From positions 11,160 through 75,159 of the forward strand of contig JAKQUO010000032.1 in the NCBI GenBank assembly GCA_029569255.1: a stretch of 64,000 nt of DNA, given 5' to 3'. The translations under genes were made by a program, and so were the position numbers. This document shows, in pieces, positions 25,453 to 35,208 of the stretch. Position 1 is the first letter of the stretch, and the number at the start of each line of letters is the position of its first letter. Source of the stretch: Acidobacteriota bacterium. Lineage in GTDB: Bacteria; Acidobacteriota; Aminicenantia; Aminicenantales; Saccharicenantaceae. The notes beneath the pieces are model-generated. The model made no database searches, was not told the DNA's origin, and worked only from the letters and a program-made list of their open reading frames with translations.

Positions 25453-25690
25453 CTCGCGCGCAGCCGGGCCAGCTCGGCGCTCGCGGCGGCGTTGAGAACT
25501 TGGCGGAGGAAGGCGGGGGCGTCGCCGGTCTCGCAGGAGTGGACGACGCCGCCCTTCTGAAAAAACTTGGCCGATGCGGTCATGGGGACATTATATAACA
25601 AACGCGTCCGCTCCGCCCGGGGACACGGAGAAGAAGGCCGGGTCTCTCGCTCGAAGACGAAGCCGGCGAGACGCCGGTGACCGCTCGAGC

Positions 25691-26704
25691 TCATCCGGGT
25701 GAGGCTGTCCCGGGGACGATGACCCGGCAGCCCCGGCGGGCGGACTCGAAGCAGGCGTCGAGGGCCCGGGCGTTGCCGAGGGCGTCGGCGGGCGGGACGC
25801 GCAGGGGCTCCCGGCCGAGGACGGCGTCGGCGAAGTGCTCGGCCATGAGCCGGAACATGTCGGCCCTGGGGACGCGCACGGCCTCCCGCCGGTCGCCGCG
25901 GACGACGGCCAGGGCGACATCGAAGCCCTTGGCCGAGAAGGCCCGGTCGAGCTGGAGCGTCCCCTCGGTCCCGACGGCCAGGAGGCGGCTCTGGAAATGC
26001 TCCTCGAAGCTCGACTCGCAGTGGGCGAAGCGCCCGCCGGGGAACTCGAGGACGGCGGCCGCGGTCATGTCGATGCCGGTCGCCGGGTCGAGGCGGGCGG
26101 CGGCGAAGGCCGCGACGGGCTCGGCGCCGAAAACGAGGCGGGCGGCGCTGACCGTGTAGCAGCCGACGTCGTAGAGGGCCCCGCCGCCCATGGCCGGGGA
26201 CCAGCGGTAGTTCCCGCCGTCGCGCTCGAACCGGAAGGTGAAGGCGGAGTGGACGGCCCGGACGGCGCCAAGCCGGCCCTGGCCGACGATCTCGAGCGCC
26301 TTGGCGATCTGCGGATGGAACTTGTACATAAAGCCTTCCATGAGCAGGACGCGGTTTCTCCCGGCCGCGGCGATCATCGCCCCGGCCTCGGCGGCGTCCA
26401 GGGCCAGGGGCTTCTCGCAGAGGACGTGCTTGCCGGCGTCGAGGGCCCGGACGGCCCATTCGGCGTGGAGGTGGTTCGCGAGCGGGATGTAGACGGCGTC
26501 GACCGTCTGGTCGTCGACGACGTCCCGGTAGGTCCGGAGGGCGGCGCGGATGTCGTAGCGAACGGCCCAGGCCCGGGCCTTGGCCTCGTCGCGGGCCGCG
26601 ATGGCCGCGAGGAAGCCGTTCCGCGAAGCGTTGACGGCCGGGATGAAGGCCTTCTCGGCGATCCCGGCGCACCCGAGGACGCCCCAGCCGACCTTCTTGT
26701 CCAT
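25691..26704 (-). CDS. Gfo/Idh/MocA family oxidoreductase
   Basis: GWGVLGCAGIAEKAF Rossmann N-terminus; EKPLAL motif. Confidence 0.85.
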   Translation of the reverse strand: MDKKVGWGVLGCAGIAEKAFIPAVNASRNGFLAAIAARDEAKARAWAVRYDIRAALRTYRDVVDDQTVDAVYIPLANHLHAEWAVRALDAGKHVLCEKPLALDAAEAGAMIAAAGRNRVLLMEGFMYKFHPQIAKALEIVGQGRLGAVRAVHSAFTFRFERDGGNYRWSPAMGGGALYDVGCYTVSAARLVFGAEPVAAFAAARLDPATGIDMTAAAVLEFPGGRFAHCESSFEEHFQSRLLAVGTEGTLQLDRAFSAKGFDVALAVVRGDRREAVRVPRADMFRLMAEHFADAVLGREPLRVPPADALGNARALDACFESARRGCRVIVPGTASPG

Positions 26705-26737
26705 CGCGCGCCTCCCTGCTCCTTCCGCTCTCGGCGC

Positions 26738-28468
26738 TCAGCCGATGTCGCCGGAGTACTTGGTCAGGAGCTTCTTGCGGAGGTCACGGAAAAGCCGGAC
26801 GACCTCCTCCATCCGGGACACGGTTAGACCCGTCAGGTATTGGGCCGCCTCGGCCCGGGCCTCCGGCCGCCCCGACCCGAGGATCTCCAAGACCTCGGCG
26901 TCGACGGAGGCCTGGGCCTCGAAGAAGCCGTTCTCGAGCGGGTCGCGCGCCTCCCGCAGGTCTTTGACCGCGTCCTGCCAGCGGAGGAGCATGAGCTTCT
27001 CCACGAAGTCCACGGCCCAGCGGGCCGAGTCCTCGCTGTACTCCGCGAAATCGTAGGTCTTGTAGAACGGCGAGACGTCGGTCGCGCCGGCGTAGACCGG
27101 GACGTAGGCGCTGACGTAGGGGTTGTCCACGTAGAACCAGTAGACGCCGCCGACGGCGTCCGGGAGCCAGGACCGGAGCTGGGCGACCATGCCGTAGGAC
27201 GGCCCGGCGATCGTCCGGTGATGGCGGATGCGCAGGACCCGCTCCCACTCGCCGCCGATGAAGGGCGAGGCCAGCGGGCTCTTCACGGCCCGGCCGCCGG
27301 CCGGGACGAACCAGGCCGGGTCGAGCGTCATGTCGTAGACCGTGTCCTCGAAGGTCGAGCGCTGGAAGGCGACGATGTCGCGGACCGAGACCTTCTTTTC
27401 CGGCTTGACGGAGAAGGGATAGAAGGCCTCGCCTTCCATGCCCTGCGAGTAAAGGGTCCCGGGCCCGGCCGGCGCGGTCATGGCCCGGGCCGGCCAGGGC
27501 TTGAGCGACGGCGCCAACGCGCTGTAAATGAGCCACATCCGGCTGAGGCTGCCCTCCCGGACGGGCGGCGCATAGACCTCGGACCAGATGAACGGCCGGC
27601 CGCCCTTCGGGTCGTACCAGCCGCGGTCGACGGCCTCTTTCATGTAGTTCGACGAGGCCATCATGCCGGGGTCGCGGAGATCGACCTCGCGGATGCGGAA
27701 GTGATTGGCGATGACGACGACATGGTCGTCCGGGACGCGGCGGGCCGCCCAGACGGCGCCCGGCTTGCCGCTCTCCGGCGTCCAGTCCGGGCCGACGCCG
27801 CAGATCTCCATCTCCCAGAGCTCCTTCGGGTCGGCGATGCAGAGCGCCTCCGAACCGCCGCACGACGGCAGGAAGCCGTACTTTTCGACCAGGCCGCCGA
27901 TGAGCTTCACGGCCTCGCGGGCCGCGGAGCAGCGCTCCAAGGCGAAGACCTGGGCCTGCTCGACGGTCATGATCTGCCTGGTCAGCCCCTCGATGTAGGG
28001 GACGTCGAGCTCGGCCCGCTGGGAACAGGTGCTCTCGCCGATGGCCAGCTGGCGCTCGTTCATCTGCGAGTAGCCGGTGTGGAAATAGGTGAAGGTCCGC
28101 TCGGCCTGCGGGATCCGGCCGATGACCCGGCCGAAGTCGCCGAGCGGCAGGGCGCGCCGGTCGTCGCTCGCGCCGAAGTAGATCATGCCCCAATGGACCG
28201 GGGCCATGGCCCCCTTGGGGAAGGTCCGGCCGGGGACGACCTGGATGCGGCACTCGCTGCAGCAGTCGGTGTGGGAGGTCATGACCGAGCCGTCGGCGGA
28301 GGCCAGCCGCCCGACGCCGATGACCGTGCAGCCCTCGAACCCGGGGGCCTGTTCGGCCGCCCCGAGGGGGAGAGCGGCCAGGGCCAGCCCGCACAGGGCC
28401 AGCGCCCATTTCACGCTCCGGGGGATGGATACGGCCTTCTTGGCCTTGAAACGGGGGTCGTCGCTCAT
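26738..28468 (-). CDS. exported peptidase family C69 dipeptidase
   Basis: ATG at 28468 preceded by AGGAGGA; signal peptide, then the GCTVIGVG N-terminal Cys nucleophile context of C69 enzymes. Confidence 0.8.
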   Translation of the reverse strand: MSDDPRFKAKKAVSIPRSVKWALALCGLALAALPLGAAEQAPGFEGCTVIGVGRLASADGSVMTSHTDCCSECRIQVVPGRTFPKGAMAPVHWGMIYFGASDDRRALPLGDFGRVIGRIPQAERTFTYFHTGYSQMNERQLAIGESTCSQRAELDVPYIEGLTRQIMTVEQAQVFALERCSAAREAVKLIGGLVEKYGFLPSCGGSEALCIADPKELWEMEICGVGPDWTPESGKPGAVWAARRVPDDHVVVIANHFRIREVDLRDPGMMASSNYMKEAVDRGWYDPKGGRPFIWSEVYAPPVREGSLSRMWLIYSALAPSLKPWPARAMTAPAGPGTLYSQGMEGEAFYPFSVKPEKKVSVRDIVAFQRSTFEDTVYDMTLDPAWFVPAGGRAVKSPLASPFIGGEWERVLRIRHHRTIAGPSYGMVAQLRSWLPDAVGGVYWFYVDNPYVSAYVPVYAGATDVSPFYKTYDFAEYSEDSARWAVDFVEKLMLLRWQDAVKDLREARDPLENGFFEAQASVDAEVLEILGSGRPEARAEAAQYLTGLTVSRMEEVVRLFRDLRKKLLTKYSGDIG

Positions 28469-28653
28469 GATCGTCCTCCTTCGTCCCGGCCCCCCTGGCC
28501 CCGCGGAAGTATACGCCGATTCGCCTCGCGAAATCCATGCGCCGATCGACATCCGGTTTTGCCGATAGGGCGAGGGGTTCAAGGCCTTCTGCCGTTCAAG
28601 CTCGAACGGGCCGGTGGGCCGGCCACCCCCCCGAGGCGGGCCGGCTCTGTTCG

Positions 28654-28684
28654 GCGTTCCGGGGCCCCCGGCCCAACGGAACGC
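28654..28684 (-). terminator. GC-rich hairpin immediately after the epimerase stop
   Basis: GCGTTCCG...CGGAACGC arms enclosing a second GGGCC/GGCCC stem; no U-tract. Confidence 0.4.
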
Positions 28685-29896
28685 TCAGACCTTCTGCAGC
28701 TTCTTGACGAAGGCCGGGTCGATGTCGCAGCCGAGGCCGGGCGTCTCCGGGAGCGTCAGCGTCCCCGCCCTGACCGTCATCCCGCCGATGACCGGGTCCA
28801 CGGCGTGCTCCGAGTTCCCGTCGAGGTCGGCGTAGACGATGTTGGCCTGCGAGGCGACGACGTGGGCCGCCGCCGTCAGGGCCAGGTTCGACTCGAGCAT
28901 GCAGCCGACCATGCAGCGCATGTTGGCCGCGCCGGCGACGTGGGCGATGCGGATGGAGTTGAGTATCCCGCCGGACTTCATCAGCTTGATGTTGAAGGTG
29001 TCGCAGGCCTCGGCCCTGATGAGCGTGATCGCATCGGCCGGGCCGTAGAGGGACTCGTCGGCCATGATCGAAATGGGGCTCTGCGCCCGGACGGCCCGCA
29101 TCCCGGCGTGGTCCGAGGCGAGGACGGGCTGCTCGCAGAACTCGATCGCCAGGGGCTCCATCTTGCGCAGGGCGTAGACCGCCTGGGGCACGGTCCAGCC
29201 CTGGTTGGCGTCGACGCGGATGGCCGTCTTCGGGCCGACCGCCCGGCGGATGGCCTCGAGGCGGGCGAAGTCCTCGTCGGGGTCGAGCCCGACCTTGACC
29301 TTGAGGGTCTTGTAGCCCATGTCGGCGTATCTCTTGGACTCGGCGGCCATGGCTTCGAGTGTGTCGATGCCGGTCGTGATGTCGGTCTCGAAGACGCTCT
29401 TCGAGCCGCCGAGGAGGCGGAAGAGCGGCAGGCCGGCGGCCTTGCCCAGGATGTCGAAGAGGGCCATGTCGAAGGCGGCCACGGCGCTGGGGTTGGAGTG
29501 GACGAGGGGGCCGATCTTGCGGAGGAGGTCGTCGATGGCCAGCGGGTCCTGGCCGACGATCATGTCGCGGATGGCGCGGGCGGCGGCGGCGTTCGTGGCC
29601 TGGGTCTCGCCGGTGATGGGCGGGAAGGGGCAGGCCTCGCCGAGCCCGACCAGGCCTTGGTCGGTGCGGACGCGGACGAGGAGGTCGTTGGCCGCGTTCA
29701 TGACCCCGATGGCGATGCGGAAGGGCGAGGTGAGCGCGATGTCGAAAAGGTAGATCTCGACACCGGTGATCTTGAGCCGCTTCACGGCGGCGCGGGCGTC
29801 CTCCAGGGCTTCGGACGGCAGGCCCCAGGCGTTCGAGCCGGCGGCCAAGGCGCCGAGGCCCAGCGCTTTCAGGAATCCCTTGCGGGTCAGGCTCAT
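28685..29896 (-). CDS. enolase-superfamily dipeptide epimerase (L-Ala-D/L-Glu epimerase-like) with Tat-like signal
   Basis: ATG at 29896 preceded by AGGAGG; LKVKVG (KxK), DANQGW, CEQP, MADES, FNIKLMK catalytic motifs; N-terminal TRKGFLKALGLGALAAG. Confidence 0.8.
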   Translation of the reverse strand: MSLTRKGFLKALGLGALAAGSNAWGLPSEALEDARAAVKRLKITGVEIYLFDIALTSPFRIAIGVMNAANDLLVRVRTDQGLVGLGEACPFPPITGETQATNAAAARAIRDMIVGQDPLAIDDLLRKIGPLVHSNPSAVAAFDMALFDILGKAAGLPLFRLLGGSKSVFETDITTGIDTLEAMAAESKRYADMGYKTLKVKVGLDPDEDFARLEAIRRAVGPKTAIRVDANQGWTVPQAVYALRKMEPLAIEFCEQPVLASDHAGMRAVRAQSPISIMADESLYGPADAITLIRAEACDTFNIKLMKSGGILNSIRIAHVAGAANMRCMVGCMLESNLALTAAAHVVASQANIVYADLDGNSEHAVDPVIGGMTVRAGTLTLPETPGLGCDIDPAFVKKLQKV

Positions 29897-29977
29897 GGGA
29901 CCTCCTTGCGGGTCGCGGGCAGTCGAGGCCCTCATTCTATAGGGCGGCCGGCCCGTTGACAAGCGGCCGGACCTCGT

Positions 29978-31393
29978 TCAGCCGTCGCCGTTCGGGACGC
30001 GGTCGCCGCGGGCCAGCGAGGCGAAGACGCCGACGACGCAGATGACGGCGAAGAACGCGAACGCGATCCTGGCGCTGCGGACGAAGAGCGGATAGGCCGA
30101 GGGCTCGATCGGGGACCGGCCCATGACCAGGGCGAAGATCATCATGACCATGCCGGCGCTCATCATCTGGCCGGTCAGGCGCATGGTCCCCAGGGCGGCC
30201 GAGGCGACGCCGAGGTGCCGATTCCCGACCGAACCCATGATGGCGTTGGTGTTCGGCGAGGCGAAGAAGCCGAAGCCGAAGCCGAGCAGGACCAGGCCGG
30301 CGGAGATCGCCCCCAGTCCCGTCCCCGCCCCGAGGAAGGAGAAGAGGAAGAGCCCGGCCGCGGAGAGGGCCATGCCGAGCGAGGCGAGGATCCGCGGCTC
30401 GACGCGGTCCGAGAGCCGGCCGGCCAGGGGCGAGGTCGCGGCCATGACGACGGGCTGGGAGATGAGGACGAGGCCGGCCTTCTGGGGCGGCAGGCCCTTG
30501 AGCGATTGGAGGTAGAGGCTCAGGAGGAACGAGACGCCGGCCGTGGCGCTGTAATTCAGGAAGGCGGCCAGGTTGGAGAAGGCGAAGATCCGGCTGCGGC
30601 GGAACAGGCGGAGGTCGAAGAGCGGCGCCGGGACGCGCCCTTCGAGGACGACGAACCCGGTGAGGACGAGGACGCCGGCCAAGGTCAGCGCGGCGCCGGC
30701 CGGCGAGGGCAGCCGGGAGAAGCCGTACATCAGGGCCACCAGGCCCAGGCCGTAGGCGATCGAGCCCGGGACGTCGAAGCTCTCGCCCCGGGCCTCGGCC
30801 CACTCGCCCTCGAGGCGGAAGAGGGCCAGGCCGAGTCCGAGGGCCGCGATGGGGATGGTGGACAGGAAGACCGCCCGCCACCCGGCGGCGTGGACGATGA
30901 AGCCCCCCAGGACGGGTCCCAGCGACAGGCCCGTGTAAACAGCGGCCGTGTTCAGGCCGATGGCGTGGCCGCGCTCGCGGGGCGGATAGACGGAGGTGAG
31001 GATGGCGTAGCCCGTGCCGAAGATCATCGCCCCGCCCAGGCCCTGGATGCCGCGGGCCAGGATGAGGAGCGGGGCCGACGGGGCCAGGGCGCCGAGGGCG
31101 GCGCCGGCGATGTCCAGGCCGAGGCCCAGGGAGAAGACCCTCTTTCGCCCCCGGAGGTCGGCCAGGCGGCCGAGAGGGACGAGGAACATGGCCGCGGCCA
31201 GCGTGTAGGCGGTCAGGACCCAGCTCAGCCGGACGGCGCTCAGCCCGAACTCCCGGCCGATGAGAGGCATGGCCAGGTTCATGCTCGAGGCCATGAACGG
31301 GGTCAGGAACGAGGAGACCATGGACATGGCCAGGGCCGTCCGGCGGAGGGACCGCTCGGCGGCGGGGGCCAGGGCGGATTCGGGCGTCGCCAT
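29978..31393 (-). CDS. MFS transporter (14-TMS DHA2-like)
   Basis: polytopic; GRLADLRGRKRVF motif A. ATG at 31393 preferred because a TGcTATAAT box lies 10 nt upstream. Confidence 0.8.
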   Translation of the reverse strand: MATPESALAPAAERSLRRTALAMSMVSSFLTPFMASSMNLAMPLIGREFGLSAVRLSWVLTAYTLAAAMFLVPLGRLADLRGRKRVFSLGLGLDIAGAALGALAPSAPLLILARGIQGLGGAMIFGTGYAILTSVYPPRERGHAIGLNTAAVYTGLSLGPVLGGFIVHAAGWRAVFLSTIPIAALGLGLALFRLEGEWAEARGESFDVPGSIAYGLGLVALMYGFSRLPSPAGAALTLAGVLVLTGFVVLEGRVPAPLFDLRLFRRSRIFAFSNLAAFLNYSATAGVSFLLSLYLQSLKGLPPQKAGLVLISQPVVMAATSPLAGRLSDRVEPRILASLGMALSAAGLFLFSFLGAGTGLGAISAGLVLLGFGFGFFASPNTNAIMGSVGNRHLGVASAALGTMRLTGQMMSAGMVMMIFALVMGRSPIEPSAYPLFVRSARIAFAFFAVICVVGVFASLARGDRVPNGDG

Positions 31394-31415
31394 AACGCGG
31401 CAGATTATAGCAGAA

Positions 31416-31567
31416 GGGGTCAAACCTTTAATTGTTTAATTTTTACGTTTTGCATGCAGTCGGCCCCGATCCGAATATGCCCCGGATGGTCGGCAGGGAA
31501 AGGCGGCGGTGACCTCTACGCGCCGGCTTCTGTGCCAAAAAAATTAAAAAATTAAAGGTTTGACCCC
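31416..31567. repeat. 152-bp AT-rich MITE-like element with 29-bp terminal inverted repeats
   Basis: GGGGTCAAACCTTTAATTGTTTAATTTTT (31416-31444) versus the reverse complement of 31539-31567: 28/29 identical. Confidence 0.8.
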
Positions 31568-31570
31568 ATC

Positions 31571-33127
31571 TTATTTACGGAGGAAGCGGCGGAGGTAGTC
31601 GCGCGTTTCGGAGAGGCCGAGAAGGCGTGACACGGCGAAGAAGACGCCGAGGCCGGCGAGGCCCGCGACGACGAGGCTGGCCAGAGTGGCGGGGAGCGAC
31701 GCGCCGAGCTCGGCCGCGACGGACCGGTTCAGGAGCCAGGCGGCTCCCCCGCCCGCGACCGACGCGACGGCGAGCTTCCCGGCGTATCCCGCCAGCGGAC
31801 CGGGCCCCATCGCCCCGATCTTGCGCGGCAGCAGGGCGTAGAGGATGGCGACATTCAAGATCGCCGCGAGGGTCGTCGACAGCGGGAAGGCCAGGTAGCC
31901 GATCACCCACATCAACGAGACGTTCAGGACGATGTTGAGCGCGATCGAGGCGAAGCTCGCGTACATCGGCGTCCTGGCGTCCTTGTAGGCGTAGAAGACC
32001 GCCGCGACGTTCCTGAGCGCCGACGCGAACGGGATCCCGACGATGTAGAGCACGAGCGCCGCGGCCGTGGCCGCCGTGTCCGCCGCCGTGAAATGCCCCC
32101 GCTCGTAGACGGCCCGGGTGACGGGGATCGCGAGACACGCGATCAGGGCCGAGGTCGGGATGGTCAGGAACAGGACCATCTTCATCGAATCGGATAACGT
32201 CGATCTCACCGCCGCGACGTCGTTCTCGAGGACGAGCTTCGAGAGCGACGGCAGCGCGACCGTGCCCACGGCGATGCCGAACAGGCCGAGCGGCAGGTGC
32301 ATGATGCGGAAGGCGTAGCTGAGCCAGCTGACGCTGCCCTGGGCCAACGGCGTTACCAGGATGGTGTTGACCAGGACGTTGATGCGGGTCCCCGCGAGCC
32401 CGATGGCGACCGGGACGAACAGGGCCATGACCCGGCGGAACCCGGGGTCGCGGAAGCTCAGGACCGGCCTCCAGCGGAAGCCTTTGCGCCAGACCGACGG
32501 CGCCTGGACGAGGAATTGCATCAGCCCGCCGACGAGGACGCCGACCGTCAGGCCGAAGATCGGGTTCTTGCCGCGGGCCGCATACCAGCCGAAGGCCAGG
32601 ACCGGGAAGAGGATGGAGAAGAGGTTGAAGACGGCCGGGGCCGCGGACGGCACGAAGAACGACTTTTCCGTGTTGAGATAGCTCATGGCCCAGGCGGCCA
32701 GGCTGACGAACAGCAGGAACGGGAACAGGATGGCGGTCAGCTGGGTCGTCAGGTCGATCTTGCCCGGAACCTTGCCGAAGCCGAAGGCGATGACCCTGGC
32801 CAGGACGGGCGCCAGCAGCAGCCCGGCGAGCGACACGCCCCCGGCGACGACGAACAGGACGTTGAGGACGTTCGAGGCCAGGCGGTTCTGAGCCTCCCGG
32901 CTCTTGGATTTCTCCTCCGTGAGGACGGGCACGAAGGCCGCCGAAAGGGACGTCTCGGCGAAGAGGTCGCGGAGCAGGTTGGGGATGCGGAAGGCGACAT
33001 TGTAGGCATCCACGGCGAAGCCGGCGCCGAAGAGGTGGGCGATGACCATCTCCCGGACGAGGCCCATGACCCGGCTGATGGCCGTGCCGACGGTGAAGGA
33101 CCGGACGCCCCGCGAGATGTCTTCCAT
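31571..33127 (-). CDS. murJ: lipid II flippase MurJ
   Basis: 518 aa; N-terminal TAISRVMGLVREMVIAHLFGAG and 14-TM MOP-family pattern. Confidence 0.85.
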   Translation of the reverse strand: MEDISRGVRSFTVGTAISRVMGLVREMVIAHLFGAGFAVDAYNVAFRIPNLLRDLFAETSLSAAFVPVLTEEKSKSREAQNRLASNVLNVLFVVAGGVSLAGLLLAPVLARVIAFGFGKVPGKIDLTTQLTAILFPFLLFVSLAAWAMSYLNTEKSFFVPSAAPAVFNLFSILFPVLAFGWYAARGKNPIFGLTVGVLVGGLMQFLVQAPSVWRKGFRWRPVLSFRDPGFRRVMALFVPVAIGLAGTRINVLVNTILVTPLAQGSVSWLSYAFRIMHLPLGLFGIAVGTVALPSLSKLVLENDVAAVRSTLSDSMKMVLFLTIPTSALIACLAIPVTRAVYERGHFTAADTAATAAALVLYIVGIPFASALRNVAAVFYAYKDARTPMYASFASIALNIVLNVSLMWVIGYLAFPLSTTLAAILNVAILYALLPRKIGAMGPGPLAGYAGKLAVASVAGGGAAWLLNRSVAAELGASLPATLASLVVAGLAGLGVFFAVSRLLGLSETRDYLRRFLRK

Positions 33128-33135
33128 GGCCCCCG

Positions 33136-33164
33136 ATTATAGACCATCGGGGACCCTGTACCAA
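33136..33164 (-). promoter_or_regulatory. sigma70-like promoter TTGGTA-N17-TATAAT ending 8 nt before the murJ ATG (leaderless-type)
   Basis: read on the minus strand; no Shine-Dalgarno between the box and the ATG. Confidence 0.4.
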
Positions 33165-33240
33165 AGGACGGGTTGGCCGGCTCAGGCCATCCCGCCGCCA
33201 GCCGAGGCGGCATCAAGGACGCCGTACCGCCAAGAAGCGG

Positions 33241-34095
33241 TCATCCGGGCTTCGAGGCCCGGACGCTCAGGCTCACGACCGACGCGAGGTGCCTCGCCAG
33301 CTTCGCCCGCGTCATCCCGAGCTTCCCGGCGACGCCGGGCGCCGCTCGGTCGTCGAGGACGAGCTCGGCGGGATAATCCCGTTCGGTCACGACGGCGACC
33401 TCCCGGAATCCGGCTTTCCGGATGAGCACGAGATAGTCGTCTTTGAGCAAGGCCCCCCCGATGCAGGCCACATAGGCCTCGGCGGAATCCCGCAGGCCCC
33501 GGGGGATGGGCTTCTTCAGGGCCAGGTCGGACACCATCAGCCGCCCGCCGGGCCGGAGGACGCGGAAGGCCTCGCGGAACACCCTCGGCTTGTCGGTCGA
33601 GAGATTGATGACGCAGTTGGAGATGATGACGTCGACCGAGCCGTCCGCGACCGGCAGGTTCTCGATCTCGCCCAGGCGGAACTCGACGTTCGAGAGGCCG
33701 CTCGCCCTGGCGTTGGCGCGGGCCCGGTCGAGCATCTCGGGCGTCATGTCGACGCCGATGACACGGCCCCTCGGCCCTACCCGGCGCGCGGCCAGGAAGC
33801 AGTCGATACCGGCGCCCGCCCCCAGGTCGAGGGCCACCTCGCCGGGCCTCAAGCCGGCCAGCGCCGCCGGGTTCCCGCAGCCCAATCCCAAGTTGGCGTC
33901 CGGGGGGATGGCCGCCAGCTCCTCGGACGAATATCCGATCTTCCGGCTGGTCTCGTCCCGGACCCCGACGCTCTCGCCGCACCCGCACGCGCGCGGGGCC
34001 GGGCCGCAGCAGGGCGAGCCCGTTCGCGCCGCCCGGGCGTAACGGTCCCGGACCTCCTTCTTGACCCTGTCTCCCGTCGTCCGCTTGCTTCGCAT
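33241..34095 (-). CDS. arsM: arsenite S-adenosylmethionine methyltransferase
   Basis: ATG at 34095; [15 protein letters not shown] motif; conserved Cys contexts SNCVINL and VACIGGA; N-terminal Cys-rich segment. Confidence 0.8.
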   Translation of the reverse strand: MRSKRTTGDRVKKEVRDRYARAARTGSPCCGPAPRACGCGESVGVRDETSRKIGYSSEELAAIPPDANLGLGCGNPAALAGLRPGEVALDLGAGAGIDCFLAARRVGPRGRVIGVDMTPEMLDRARANARASGLSNVEFRLGEIENLPVADGSVDVIISNCVINLSTDKPRVFREAFRVLRPGGRLMVSDLALKKPIPRGLRDSAEAYVACIGGALLKDDYLVLIRKAGFREVAVVTERDYPAELVLDDRAAPGVAGKLGMTRAKLARHLASVVSLSVRASKPG

Positions 34096-34121
34096 TATTT
34101 CACTCCTTCGGAGGCGCGGCC

Positions 34122-35171
34122 TCAAGACGCCGCCGCGAAATACCGCCGCTTGAAAGAGAGCGCCACGTTGACCAGGCCGATCATGACCGGGACCTCGACC
34201 AGCGGGCCGATGACCGCGGCGAAGGCCTGGCCCGAATCGATGCCGAAGACGGCCACGGCCACGGCGATGGCCAGCTCGAAATTGTTGCTGGCCGCCGTGA
34301 ACGACAGCGTCGCCGCCTTGGGGTAATCGGCGCCGGCCTTCCGGCTCAGGAAGAACGAGACGAGGAACATGACCACAAAATAGATGAGGAGCGGAACGGC
34401 GATGCGCAGGACGTCGAGCGGGATCTTGACGATATATTCGCCCTTGAGCGAGAACATGACGACGATGGTGAAGAGGAGCGCGATCAGGGTGATCGGGCTG
34501 ATGCGCGGGATGAACTTCGTCTCGTACCAGGTCCGGCCCTTGAGCTTGAGCAGGCTGAACCGGGTGATGAGGCCGCCGAGGAACGGGATGCCGAGATAGA
34601 TGAAGACGCTTTCGGCGATCTGGCGCATGGTCACGTCGACGGCCGTGCCCTTGAGCCCCAGCCAGGTCGGGAAGACGGTGATGAAGATATAGGCATAGAC
34701 CGAGAAGAACAGGACCTGGAAGATCGAGTTGAAGGCCACCAGCCCGGCCGCGTACTCCCGGTCGCCCTGAGCCAGGTCGTTCCAGACGATGACCATGGCG
34801 ATGCAGCGGGCCAGCCCGATCATGATCAGGCCGTACATGTACTCCGGCTTGTCGCGCAGGAAGACGACGGCCAGGCCGAACATCAGGAGAGGCCCGATGA
34901 CCCAGTTCTGGACGAGCGACAAGCCGAGGACCTTGACGTTTTTGAAGACGTCCCCGAGCTCCTCGTAGCGGACCTTGGCCAAGGGCGGGTACATCATCAG
35001 GATGAGCCCGATGGCGATGGGGATGTTGGTCGTGCCCGACTGGAACCGGTTGATGACGCCGACGATAGCCGGCACGAAATAGCCGAGCCCGACGCCGACG
35101 GCCATGGCCAGGAAGATCCACAGGGTCAGGTAGCGGTCGAGGAATTTGAGCCGCGGGTTTCCGGGTGTCAT
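34122..35171 (-). CDS. acr3: arsenite efflux transporter, ACR3 family
   Basis: 349 aa; [13 protein letters not shown]-terminus, ARCIAMV motif, 10 TM helices. Confidence 0.9.
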   Translation of the reverse strand: MTPGNPRLKFLDRYLTLWIFLAMAVGVGLGYFVPAIVGVINRFQSGTTNIPIAIGLILMMYPPLAKVRYEELGDVFKNVKVLGLSLVQNWVIGPLLMFGLAVVFLRDKPEYMYGLIMIGLARCIAMVIVWNDLAQGDREYAAGLVAFNSIFQVLFFSVYAYIFITVFPTWLGLKGTAVDVTMRQIAESVFIYLGIPFLGGLITRFSLLKLKGRTWYETKFIPRISPITLIALLFTIVVMFSLKGEYIVKIPLDVLRIAVPLLIYFVVMFLVSFFLSRKAGADYPKAATLSFTAASNNFELAIAVAVAVFGIDSGQAFAAVIGPLVEVPVMIGLVNVALSFKRRYFAAAS

Positions 35172-35208
35172 TCGCTATTCCTTTCGCCGTGGACGAGCGC
35201 CGCCTTCC

